Assembly (NCBI GenBank): GCA_010015805.1
Contig: ML978127.1
Location: 1,922,001 to 1,986,000, forward strand
From: Rhizodiscina lignyota
Taxonomy: Eukaryota
Length of the DNA: 64,000 nt
Direction: 5' to 3'
Shown piece after piece: positions 26,201 to 38,443 of the stretch. The position numbers and the translations under genes are program-made. The first letter of the stretch is position 1, and the number at the start of each line of letters is the position of its first letter. The notes beneath the pieces were generated by a model. It made no database searches. It was not told the origin of the DNA and worked only from the letters and a program-made list of their open reading frames with translations.

Positions 26201-26722
26201 TGATCGACTCTTGACTTTGCTGCATTGTCCTGTGCCCCGTCCCCACAAGCCAGTATATTCTTGCATATCACTACAAGGTCGTTGACTCGATCAATATCTC
26301 GGACGAGGGACGTGAAGTTGGCTGCGATGAGTGGTCCAGATGGAGAATCAAACTCCGGGCTGTTTGGATCAGGGCCTGCAACTGAACGCCTTTCGAATGA
26401 GGGAACCGCAGCCTCAAAGACTTCTTCCAGCTCGTCCCACATGCGTCGGTCATTTCCAAGTACTTGCCTGCACGTCCGAACATTAGAGCATGGAAACGCA
26501 GAGAGCAGCCGTTCGAACTCACCGCACTTCTTGCTGGCGCGCAGTCGCACCAAGGACCTGTTTGAGCACTCTGGAGTCTAACATGTCCATCGTCCTCTCT
26601 CGGATGAAGGTGGCAGATTTGAAATGCACGATCAATGCCTGCAGCGCGAGCCGCAATCGAAAAGCATTTGCTTTGCCATCTCGAATTGCCATCTCGGCCG
26701 CCTGAGCTGGTGGTCCAGGCAT
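23287..26722 (-). CDS. CTR86: Ataxin-10 / Ctr86 family ARM-repeat protein
   Basis: C-terminal VQDQVRDYGGIEVVLNCTKHDDFNPYIREHAVMALRFLVEGNEKNR matches the Atx10 domain. Multi-exon, including introns 26468-26522 and 25408-25469; ATG at 26722. Confidence 0.85.
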
Positions 26723-28728
26723 GATCGCGAAGCTTTGTGGAAGCCAAAATGATGCTGTTGACAGTATCCAGGAAGTTTGGCTTGTCAGAGGATGGAAGGT
26801 TGAGGTTGGAGGTTGCTGGTCGCGAATGTGAAAGTTAAACTCCGCAGTCGCGACATCCGGCGCATAAGGATTAAGCATCTTATCTTATCAACCGAGAGCA
26901 TGGGTGCGATGAGGTTAGTTCCTTTCTACACTCAGTCCATTAACCTGCTTTGTACATTACTTCTTGAACTTTCATTGATCTCAATTGAATGATGCACTCA
27001 TGTGTTATTTTCGGCCAATCGTGCAGACAAATTCACCAAAAGCCCATCCTACTCCGTAAACAAGCAAATCTATACTTCCACCAACTTCCTTCATGAAGCC
27101 AGACGCGTCCGATCTCCATCGCGCTTTTGACGCGTCTCTACCTCATAAATGTCGCTAAACTCTTCAATACTTGCCTGTCCATTCTTCAGTAATCTAATCT
27201 GACTCTGGCCTTCGAGTCCTATCCGAAAGGCAGCAGCAACAATCAGCCCAAAATGTCTCGACACCTCTCATCGCGGACTCTACAGTGCCAGGGATAGTCA
27301 CACTCAGGAACATAGAAACGCTAGACATTCTCTGAGGTACACTGGTTTCAGTTTCTTAACAGTATGTCAAGCAGACGATAAGTATCGCCGAGTACACGCT
27401 ACGCCTCTGCCAGATGGGTATCTCTGAAAACTCCCGAGCAACTTTTCTACAAAACGAACGGCCACCTCCTTTTCAATGCATTTCAGCTTGTTCTCCTACG
27501 GTGCCGACTCCCTAACAAGAGCATTCGATCGCTATATGAGACGGTCGATCATGAACACTTCATATAATATAGGGCAACTATAGCGAAATGACCTGGTCGA
27601 AGTCGACTGGACGACTGGCGAATGCGAGCAGCGACTTCTAAATTCTCGAACAGGCTGGACCCCACTCGCATTCAGGCTGATATTCATAAATTTTTGTTTC
27701 TTTTAAAATGTTTAAAGGCGACAGATTGTTTCACTATTGGACCTATGTGCCGTCTACCGCCTTACAGGGGTTCGTCAGTCGAACCGAAATGAGCCTCATC
27801 ACACATCGGATGAGCCGCGTTTCACACGACGCAAGCCTTCATCACAGTCTATTTCTCGCCACTTCGTCTCTTATGGTTTCGTAGATCGGATTCGAGTGCA
27901 AACTTCGCTTCAGAAACATAGCCGTTCCGACGGTCAGGCTCAATATCTTCACAACGAGCTTGTAGTCTTTCTTTAATTTCCTCCATCATCTCGACACTAT
28001 ATGCCGTCGTACCGCAGCACTGAATTCCTAATGTCTGTATTGCGAGATGACATAATTTCGCCCAGCGCCCTAGCGTCATCTAAATAAATGATAGGTCAAT
28101 CTCGCTCTATTCTCACCGTCCCCTGCCAAGCCCGGATGGAAACAATCTACTGCAAACATCGCGCAAGCGTCTAATATGACTTGCGGTTGGCCAACTCAAG
28201 GGCAATATGTTTGTTCTTGCGGTTCTGCAAAATAACCCCGCATCACATCACCCACCAGCTATAATCATTTCCGAAGATCGAGGCTCGGCTCGCCTCAGCG
28301 ATTCATATCTTCTCAATATTCTCCGTGGCGGCAGCAGATCCCGCCACCAAACCCAGGCCGTAGAGAGGAGCTCACCATTAGTCGTGTGATGCTCAATGTG
28401 CGGCACCCATGTTCTCAGCCAGCATCAAATGCGTGCTCCTAAATCATCTCCGGAAGGCGATCCGCTGCCCTCCACACTGTGATGAGTCTAGAGCCGCAAA
28501 GTACCCAAATTTCCTTAATGGATCCACCAACCAGCGGTTGTCATGCCGCTCCGTCAATTACACCACAATACAAAAGCCTGACGCTCGCCATGGCTGTCTT
28601 ATTCCTCCCAGCCATCAGCGAACCTTCTCGTTCTCTAGCTCTTCGCTCTTCGTTCTTTTTGCTTTTCGCCAAGTTTGGCAGTCCACTCTTTCTCTTCATT
28701 ACATTCTTTCTCGACTGGATTCGACATC

Positions 28729-30628
28729 ATGTCTGCTACGCTTCGCGCTGCTGGACTTGCCAGCGCACTCATTGCTGCTGTCAACGCCCATGGCTACGTG
28801 CAAGGAGGCTTTTTGAAGGGCGTCTGGTGGGAGGGATATAGCCCGAGCTTTCAATATGCGAGCCCTCCGCCGGTGGTCCCGGGCTGGTCAGACCCAGAGA
28901 ATCTGGCAAATGGCTACATCCCGCCGGACCAATATGCCACCACTAACATCACCTGTCACGAGGGTAAGTCTCTATCAGAATAGAGTTGGTGACTCATTGC
29001 TGACAACTCTCTATTAGATGCCACTCCTGGCCAGACGCATCTGAACATGACCGCGGGCGAGACCATTACCTTGAGCTGGACAACGTGGCCGTCGAGCCAC
29101 GTCGGACCTAGTAAGTTCTTCTTTCCCAGGAAGCAGCACGATGTGATGCTGACATGAATACAGTGTTGACCTACCTCGCGAATTGCAATGGGCCTTGTGA
29201 GACGGTCGACAAGGCCGACCTGAAGTTCTTCAAGATCGACGAATTGGGATTGATCGATCCAACTGTGAGTTCTGACAAGAAGCCCGAGCTTTCTGCCGGA
29301 AAATTGACGATTGCTAGGGCACCCCCAAGTGGGCAAGCGACTTGATGATCGCGCAGAACAACAGCTGGGACGTCACTATACCCACCGGCATTGCTTCAGG
29401 AAACTATGTTATGCGCCATGAGACGATCGCCCTGCACTCCGCCGGTACCGCCGATGGTGCTCAGAACTACCCGTACTGCATTAACATTGCTGTTACTGGT
29501 GATGGAACCGCGGCTCCTCCTTCTGAGGCAGCAACGAGCTTCTACAAGGAGGATGACCCAGGCGTAAGTTCAGATTCTCCGGAAGATACACCAACCAGCT
29601 CACAACTCATGCAGATTCTGATCAACGTCTACCAATCCCTCACCACCTACGATATCCCCGGCCCCACACTGTGGAGTGGTGCCGCGAAGAACCCCAACCC
29701 GACCGCTGGTGCAAGTGCAGGTGCTTCTAGCGCCGTAGCTTCCTCCGCTGCCGCAACTTCGGCTCCAGCATCTTCGGCCGCCTCGTCGGCCGCTTCGTCA
29801 AGCGCTGCACCATCATCGGCCGTTGCAGCTGCTTCGACGAGCCTATCTTCATCTGCTGCGGCGACCTCTTCGTACGCCGCACCAACCACCACCGCTGCTG
29901 CCGACTCGACGACAAGCGATGACGAGTCCTGCGATGAGGAGAGCACCTCTGCCGAGGCAGCAGCCACCACTCCAGCATCCGTTCCTGCATATACTTCTCT
30001 TGTCGCGTCTGCGTCGACCACCGCCGAGGCTGCCACGGGCTCTGCCTCCGCGTCCGCTTCCCCCAGCGACGACGAGTGCGACGACGAGCCGACGTCGACC
30101 GACGAGGTCTCGGCCGCCGAGACCAGCCTATCTCCTAGCAAAGGCTTTTCATCTCTCATCCCGAGTGGCACTGGATTCTCCTTCTCTCACAGGCCGCATG
30201 GCACTGGCTTCCCACATGGCACTGGCCTTCCTCACGGTACCGGTTTCCCACCGTACCCCATTCCGTCAGGCAGCATCTCCATCCCCGTCAAGGTCCCTTC
30301 ATCCGGCTTCTTGCCTACCGGGACGGACATCCTGCCCACCGGTACGGGTGCGCCTTCGTACAGCGCACCCACTGCACCGAGTAGCGGCTTCTCCACCTCA
30401 GCGCTAGCAACCGGCACTGGCGCGCCGAGCGTCAGCATCCCCGCCTACCCCACGAGCACCGGCTCCGCGGGTGAGGGCAGCGGCAGCGACTCCGGCGCGT
30501 GGGGCGACTTCATGGGCTTCTTGGAGTGGCTGGAGAAGAAAATTGAGAAGTTCATTTCGAAGGAGAAGAAGAAGGGCGAGAAGCGGGCCGTGCGTGTGAG
30601 GAGGCATGCTAGGGAGTATGTTCTGTAA
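28729..30628 (+). CDS. AA9 lytic polysaccharide monooxygenase with long disordered C-terminal extension
   Basis: Signal peptide followed by His1 (HGYV); [34 protein letters not shown]; four introns; S/T/A-rich tail ending RRHAREYVL. Confidence 0.93.
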
Positions 30629-33122
30629 TTTGACAGAACCAGAGGGCATGAAGACATGGATGTCGAAAAACTGATATTTTCTTGTACATACTTACCTTTG
30701 TGTGGAGGAGATGATGAGTTCGAGGAGGACTTGACTACGTTCAGTGTATATATCTTGAGCACATGCATAGCTGGCGCCGGACTGTCAGTTTTTTGAAGCA
30801 CTTGACACTTCATCAAAGCCATCTTTTGGACACCGCAGCCATGGAAATCTCTGGTGATGAGGCGTTACGGCAACGGCATCCTACGGCAACGAGTCAGGAG
30901 CTATCTCCCGGATATTCCCGTCCTAAATCTCAAGAGATTAGCAGCCGCCTTGGCGTCTGAGGTGTTTGGCGCGACACGCGGCAGCGTCAATATCGATAGT
31001 GGCGTAGTCCCAGCAGGGAGGGCAGAATCGCGGCTATATTTCTGAAGCTTGATGGTATCCCTTGTAGAACGTGGGATGTGAGACTGAAACGAGCCAGAGC
31101 CCTAATCTAGTGGGTGACGATTGTAGAGGGGATCGACGAGCGCATGAATAATTTATTGGACTTGGGCCAATGCCAGAAAGCCAAAGTGATTACGCGGGCC
31201 GGATTGGCTGACGCAATGTTTCAGGATTTTTTTTCGATGTGCAGAGATACGAACATGTGAGAGGGAAATGTGAGCGGCCAGTATTTTGGCCTTTTGAACG
31301 TATCTTCGGTTATGCGGAGTATAATATTGGCATTGTTTCGACTACGCTCATGCGAAGGGGAGTATGAGATGCAGCTCGTCTATGTACCGGCAATGCGGGC
31401 CTCCTTTCCGTCTCGTCCAGATTTGCGGTATCGCATTCTTCTAGGTTCTGGTCAGTGCGATCCCTTCAAGATCGTTCCTTTGGCGCCCCGGGCAGATGTA
31501 GGCTTGGCTGGATTCTGGCCATGTCTCCGCAGCGCTGGGACGGCCGAGCTGCGCAAACCCCTCTCTTGGGAAGAGGGCATGACAGAAATATGGAATGGAC
31601 CCAACTCGTGAGTTTGCCGAGCCCTCTAGCTTACTCTGATAATGGAGAAGAGCTGCAAAAGCTGCAACTTGCACGAGCAAAGCTGCTGCTCGGCTCTTCC
31701 GTTAGGTGCGTGCGACTCAAGTAGCGTTTGTCCCTGCAGCAGAGAGGAAGCGGAGGTGTACCAGCCTTACGAGGGCTTTGGACGCCCGCAGCACCTCGCT
31801 TGCTGACCGTGTCAAACCGGACCTCTCACGCGTCGCCCTCGACTCGCTGAGTAGGGTAATAGGCTTGGCGCGACCAAGGTGGATGGTGGTATTGTACAGA
31901 GCACATAATAGCATCGGGGAACGGCGTGGCCGGGCTGACTCACGGCATCATATTGTGTCTCGGTCGGCAAGCTCACGGAGGAAAGAGGTTGTGAGACGGA
32001 GAACCCGACAGCGTGGGACGGCTGATGGTTGTTTCGGGCTCGGGCGGGTACCTTTCTTGCTTTCTTTTCGTGCCATCGCGCGCGCCTGTGGGGCGGCTTC
32101 TAGAAGGCTGGTGGAAGGGCCAGCGCCGGTTTCATTGGCGCGCCGACCGTCTCAAGACGCAAGAACGAGCTGAATCTGTGACGATGAAACGGATCTTGAG
32201 CTGTGCAAGTGCCGAGGCAGCTCCCGCAATTGGCAGTTGTACGCTGACATCAACGACTCCGGGCGAGACGGGCGTTTTGGATGCGCGCTGGAGGCCTGAG
32301 TGGTGTCGCAGTGGAGGTTTGGTGACGTGCAGGCCATCGCGATAAGTTGCAGCGGAAAGAGCAAAGGCACATAAGATGGAGAGCGTGCAGAGACTCAGCG
32401 TGGGATCAGCGGGACAGAGTTGGAAGCAGCAGTGAGTCGTGTCGTGCCGTGAGTCGTGACCATTCCTTTTTCTCCTCCTCGTGGGCGCCGCCGGTCTCGT
32501 GGCAGCCCGCCCTGACTCTCGCTCGCCCCGGCCAGAAAACTGGAGCGCTGCCATCCATCGAGCTCCTGCGACACGTGCAGAGCGGTCGGCGATGGCGTAG
32601 GTGGAGGGTGGCGCGCGTGAGACAATACCTCCTGCCCGCGGTGTCGGGCCTGCCTGCGCGCTGGCCAGCAGTCGGATGGGGTAGGAGCAGTCTTGTACGC
32701 ACACGCGAGGGCAGTGATGGGCGCTGCAGCGAAGTGTGGAGTTGGCACGTTTTCTGCTGCCCGCCCGCGAATTAGCACTGCTCCTTCGCGCCGCTCTGAC
32801 TGGCCGGCGCGCTGAACCCTTGTAGCACCCACAGGCACATCGCTGCCGTCCAAATCAACTCCACAACCCCCATGAAACAAGAACTTCTCCCAACACTCGC
32901 TCACTGTCCCGCCACTGCCAGCTGCTCTGCCATTTCTCGCCGCCGTTGCTGCACACTGCTCTCGCGGCCACCCTCCAGCGCCGTGCAGCCTTTCATCCCC
33001 ATCAGCTCCTGCTGCCTCTAACATTATAGACACCCCTCTCGCACCACCACTCGGCGCCGATTCGAGAATGCCTGCGCTGTCCAGATAGCTACCGGCTGTG
33101 CGAACACCTCTGCTTCCCTGCA

Positions 33123-35594
33123 ATGGGCAATTCCAGCGGGAAGCCCGTCGTGTTCACCGACGAGGGTGCGTCTTTCCAATCCGGCTTTCCTTCTCCCGTG
33201 CGTACGTTGAATCAGCAAGAGTTTGAGCTAAATGGCCTTCACCTCCAGTCAACCTCAATCACTTCCGCCTCCTGCGAGTCGTCGGCAAAGGCGCCTTTGG
33301 CAAAGTACGCATCGTCGAGCGAAAAGACACCGGCTTGACCTTTGCACTCAAGTACATCCGCAAAGATGAGAGTACGTTTGGACAAAACACCTCGGTGGGT
33401 ACATGAGGCTGATACTGGAACAACAGTCGTGCGGTCAGAAAGCGTCAAGAACATCATACGCGAGAGGAAGATGCTTGAGCACCTGAACCACCCTTTCCTC
33501 TGCAACTTGCGTTACAGCTTTCAGGACATCGAGTATCTGTACGTAACAGAAATGCCAAGACTCTACATTTCAAGTACGCTAACTTCTACAAGCTACATCG
33601 TAGTGGACTTGATGAACGGCGGAGACCTTCGATTCCACATCTCGCGTAAGACCTTCAGCGAAGAATGCGTCCAGTTTTGGATGGCACAGCTTGCCTGTGC
33701 CTTGCGTTACATACACAACCAAGGCATCGTGCACAGAGACCTCAAACCAGACAACTGCCTGTTGGATTCAGATGGACACGTCCACCTCGCCGACTTTGTA
33801 TGTGTTTCTGTTCTACTTCAAAGCTGATAGCTGACGTTGGTAGAATGTCGCCGCCGAGGTCACAAACAACAAAGTCTTGAACAGCAAGTCGGGCACGCTT
33901 GCTTACCTTGCTCCGGAAGTCTACGAAGGAAAAGGATACCAGACTGAGGTCGATTGGTGGTCACTGGGTGTCACGTTCTATGAATGCATATACAGCAAGG
34001 TTCGACCCCGGCTAGTTGCGCAAAGAAATTTTTCGGACCGAATATTGACGATCATTCACAGCGGCCTTTCGATACGGACAAAGACAAGAACAGCAAAGAA
34101 ACTCTAGCACAGATGATCATGAGGGCAGATCCGAGATATCCTGTTACTAATCCTCAAGTCTCTGCGCCATGTCTGCTCGCCATCAGGTCGTTGCTGGAGA
34201 AGGACATACGAAAGCGAATCGGTGCTGCGGGATTCGACACGTTCACTAACCATCCCTTCTTCCGGAGCCTTGACTTTGATGCGCTTGAGAGGAAAGAGAT
34301 CGAGCCCATCTTCAAGCCGTCTGCAGACAAGACCAACTTCGATGCGACCTACGACCTCGAGGAACTCCTGCTGGAAGAGGCGCCGCTCGAAGCTCGTGCA
34401 CGTAGACAGAAGCCGCGGGAGAAATTAAAGGACGATGCTACCGACGATGAAATTCGTGTTGAGCGGCTTCATGAGATGATCGAGACGATGTTCCAGCCAT
34501 TCAACTATACAACAGTTCCGGACAAACCCCATCTCTCACTCCCCACCTCTACCTCATTCTCAGCAGATACCCAAGCAGAGTATGCAGCTGGATCATCGAA
34601 CGCCCAAGCATCTCCCACACATCAACCTCACCAAGTTCCGTCATACTCGAAGCATCTGCCATTAGATCGAGACCCCGCCGAGTACTCTCCATCTCGAAGC
34701 ACACCAGTCCGGACCCGTTCATCCACCCAATCACCAAATGGATCACCGCCATTTCCAACCTCCGCAGTCGGAATACAGGCTGCCACCTCTAACGCCCCAG
34801 CGTCTGATCCGCATGCTCTCCCAATACAGAATTACGACAGTCGTATTGAGCTCTTTAGCACCGCCTCTGATCTTGAGGGTAAGTGGGAGCAGGAGCGAGA
34901 AAGAGCAAGGTGGCAGCGAGACGAGTGGGATGCACAGCGAGCCACAAGTACGAGTCCGAAGAGTCCCGATTCTCCACAATACGAACCACCTCCTGGCATG
35001 CCGGGCTACTACGGTGGCTTCCACAAGCCCACCGGGTTAAGGCAAGGAGAAAGAGGCGGGCAGAACCAGATCGCCGAACTAGCAGGCTCGACCTCACGCA
35101 CTTTTGGCACCGGCGAAGACGGCCCGGATATCAGGCGCAGCCAAACTCAACTGATCCAACAATCTACTGCGTACCGCACAATGCGTGGCAAGTCCTTAGG
35201 CCGACCAGATGATGACTCCGCACGACCTGCATGGATGGACTTCGAACGCGCTGGCGGCGCTGTCATGCCTGCTCCGCCTGCCAGAGCTCTTCTGCAAGGT
35301 CACCAGCACAATACGAGTCACTCCCACAATGCCTCCGTAGCAACAACCGCCACCACGGCACTGCCTTCGGTCGGCCAAGAAGCCAACAACACGGACGTTG
35401 AGGAGAGGATGGCGGCGAGGCCGACGGGCATGCTGGGCTTCTTAAGCAGGAAGAGGGGAAGAGATCGGAGTCCGAGGGGCGGTAGTTCTGCGGATGGTAA
35501 GGACGGCGAAGTCAAGGAGAAGAGGAAGGGCAAGGAGCGGGAGAGGGGTGTGATTGGTAAGGATGGAGCGAGAGTTCCGGTGGCGAATGGATGA
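33123..35594 (+). CDS. AGC-group Ser/Thr kinase, YANK/STK32-like
   Basis: MGNSSGK (myristoylation-type start), [75 protein letters not shown]; five short introns. Confidence 0.93.
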
Positions 35595-37049
35595 GGAAGG
35601 GGTGAAGAGAATGGACAAGACATCACAATCTGGAGGTCCGAGTTGAGGGTCTCCCCTGGAAATCGAACCGTTGTCGTCTTTTCATCGAGACATTTGAGCA
35701 CTCGACACCGAAATACGAGCGGAAAACTCCTTTTGCGGAAAATTAAGATACTGGGTCTGGCATTCCAGCGAGACTGGTCGCTGTCGAAGTTTCCCAGCAA
35801 GAGGTTGTACGCTCTACACAAAGGGCAGCATACGAATTCGGCAAACATGTACATAGCCACACTCCAATCCCACTCAGCACAGCACAGCACGATTTGGATT
35901 CTGGATACCAAAAGAAGCGGTCTAAGGGGAATATTGGCAGCAAAAAAAGCATAATGTGGGCGGGGGGCTTTCTGCGTTTCAAAATGTACAGTTACTAGCA
36001 TGCACAGCGAGATAATACTTGGGCAGCGTGAGCAGCTCTGCTGCCTTGCGGGGCACCTCATACGAGAAGAGTCCAGTGCGGGGCTCGTGGATAGTAAAAT
36101 GGAGATGATTGATACGATGTACTGAGCATTTTGACTGGGTTCGATGGCATGTGACGATCTTGTTCCAGTATATGATTGCGTCGAGGTGGACTACCGTGCA
36201 GAGAAGACAGCAAATAGAGCGTGTTCGTACAGCATGTGTGCTTTCGAGATAGAGGAATCAAACATACAACTTGGATACAAGTCAATTCTGAAACGGTTGT
36301 GGCTGCTAATTACAGAGCTTGAAAGGTAATCGTGGCTAAGAATGGCGCTTAGGAAGGGTATACTGGGTTCAAACGTGGAGCTGGGAATTCGTTCGAGAGG
36401 GAGAAGACACTGTAAAACTTAGGGTGCAGGAGATATTTCAGGAGGCTAACACAGATCGCCGTCTGTAGGCGGTCCATGATGTTCACCAACTCAAGATATC
36501 TGACGCAGACTGAGTGCTGCTGCATGACCACGTACCGGACCCAACTCAGCTAGGAAAGCATCGTGTGCAGATCCAGTACAAGGCTCATGGTCAAGTTCGA
36601 GTTTTGAATGGCTTGATATGGTGATTTAGCATCATGCTAAGAGTTTCAACTGGGGAACTCACGTTGATGACAGGGCGGACAAGAAATACCATCCAAGCAT
36701 GCTTAGATAGGAGGTCATCCTGAGCCGCTTGTAGCTGAGAAATGGCGCAGCTCGAAGTCAATCATTGCTAGAAGTCTGGGCGAGGAGGCTTCAACAGAGT
36801 TCAAATGTGTAACTGCAGAACAGTCCGAGAGGAAGAAGGCACTCAGAAGTCCTTAGTAGACTTAAAAACAAATTTCATGAAGATTTGCTTCAGAGAGAGT
36901 ATCTCCCAAGCGTGGTTATATGGTGAATACTGTATTAACAATAGACAGTCAAAACGTGAAATCTATTGGAGCATGGCTTTGAACATATGTACGAGAGTGA
37001 CATTATACCCGGAAGACCCGCTGTCGGTCTATATACGAGAAATTCGTGA

Positions 37050-38116
37050 CTATTCCACAACTACTTCTTCCGCCCTCACGAGCACTGCCATGACGCTGCC
37101 CGTCTTCAGCGGAAACTCCCGATGTTGGACAACGGCGAGGATCGCCCGGCATGCACCAGAATGTGTTGTCATGCTAACCCATACTCCCTTGTCGTGCGTG
37201 AAAATGTCGTTAAGCAGTGTCCGTACACGCGTCTCCGTCTCTTCGTCCGTCTCGCGCTCGTCTCCCGACCACAGAGGGTCCTTGTCCGAGAAGCCAGGCT
37301 CGAATGTGAAGGTCGACATGAAAGATGATGGGAACGACTTTCGTAGTTGAGTGAGGGAGCTTCGGCGATCGCAGGTGTGTACGCCGTTAGTCTCGCGGAG
37401 GAGCTCCTTGACGACTGGCTTGAATGGCTTGTCCTGCGGGAGAGTCAAGCCAGTGAATGTGAAGTTGGCGGTCTGCAAGCAGCGGGACAGCGGGCTGCTG
37501 TAGTAGCTGTCCGGAGCTGGTTGTCCCCGTTCCAATGCTCCACCCCAGTACTTGTTCGCAGCAAGTGCTTGCTTCTCTCCCTCTTCAGTCAGCAGTGCGT
37601 CGGCCCACTTGATCTTGCCATCACCTTCTAGCATCGACCATGACGCATCCCATTCCGCTGTGCCGTACTTCTCTTCCGCTACATTGTGCCACCCTTGCCC
37701 GTGCCGTCCCAGTATCAATACTTTATATTGCACATTTTTAGGGCTCGCGTTGTTGAGATGCTGAACGTAGCGCACAAGTCGGGCCCATTGCGATTCGCTG
37801 TCTTTTGCTTCGCTCGGGCGATCGGTTTTATAATCTCGCTGTACAAGACCGAGGTCTGAATTTATCTAGAGAGTATTCGAGTTAGTGATTGGAATCAAAG
37901 TGGATAAGTTTGCCGGCCTCTTACGTAGTCGTAGTCTTCCGGCGGTACACCGAGCGACGGAGAAAATATACCAGGTACGCTGTCGAATTCGAGTGACGTC
38001 TGTTCTACAAATTGTCGTCCCATCCCGTCTTGCCAAACACCATTGAACAGCAGTCGCAACGTCAGGAAAAGTAGTACAACGCAGGAAACTCCAGAAATAA
38101 GTGATAGACGGCCCAT
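37050..38116 (-). CDS. Histidine phosphatase / phosphoglycerate mutase-like protein (Pmu1-like)
   Basis: LGRHGQGWHN, YSSPLSRCLQT, LRETNGVHTCDRRS, TTHSG; N-terminal signal anchor; one intron near 37867-37924. Confidence 0.88.
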
Positions 38117-38443
38117 CCGGACGGTTTCAGAGAAGAGGGTTAGAAGCGTCCAGCGAGTGTATCGTCAAAGCAGATGCAGATGTTGAAAGCCGACATGTAT
38201 CGGCGCCAGGTTACGAAGGAAACATAACACGAATATGCGACTGTGATTACCTCGTCGATACGACGTCTTGGGAGTATTTGCGAGCGATGAGGCGATGCAT
38301 GCGGCCTCAGCTAGCGCCTCGGCGCTTAGCGGCAGATCCTCCGCCCCACACTAGGCCTAAAATAGGATAGTGTATAACACAGCAAGTCCTTCGATTCTGT
38401 CAACTTTGAGCCTCGCACTCTCACTCCTTCATTCACCTCCGAG

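Noticed and set aside
26002..26878. Apparent frameshifts among the ataxin-10 ORF pieces
   Set aside because: Resolved by canonical GT-AG introns with branch sites.
31270..33120. Several overlapping 100-240 aa ORFs upstream of the kinase
   Set aside because: GC-rich, Arg/Ala-biased and motif-free on both strands; better explained as promoter and long 5' leader.
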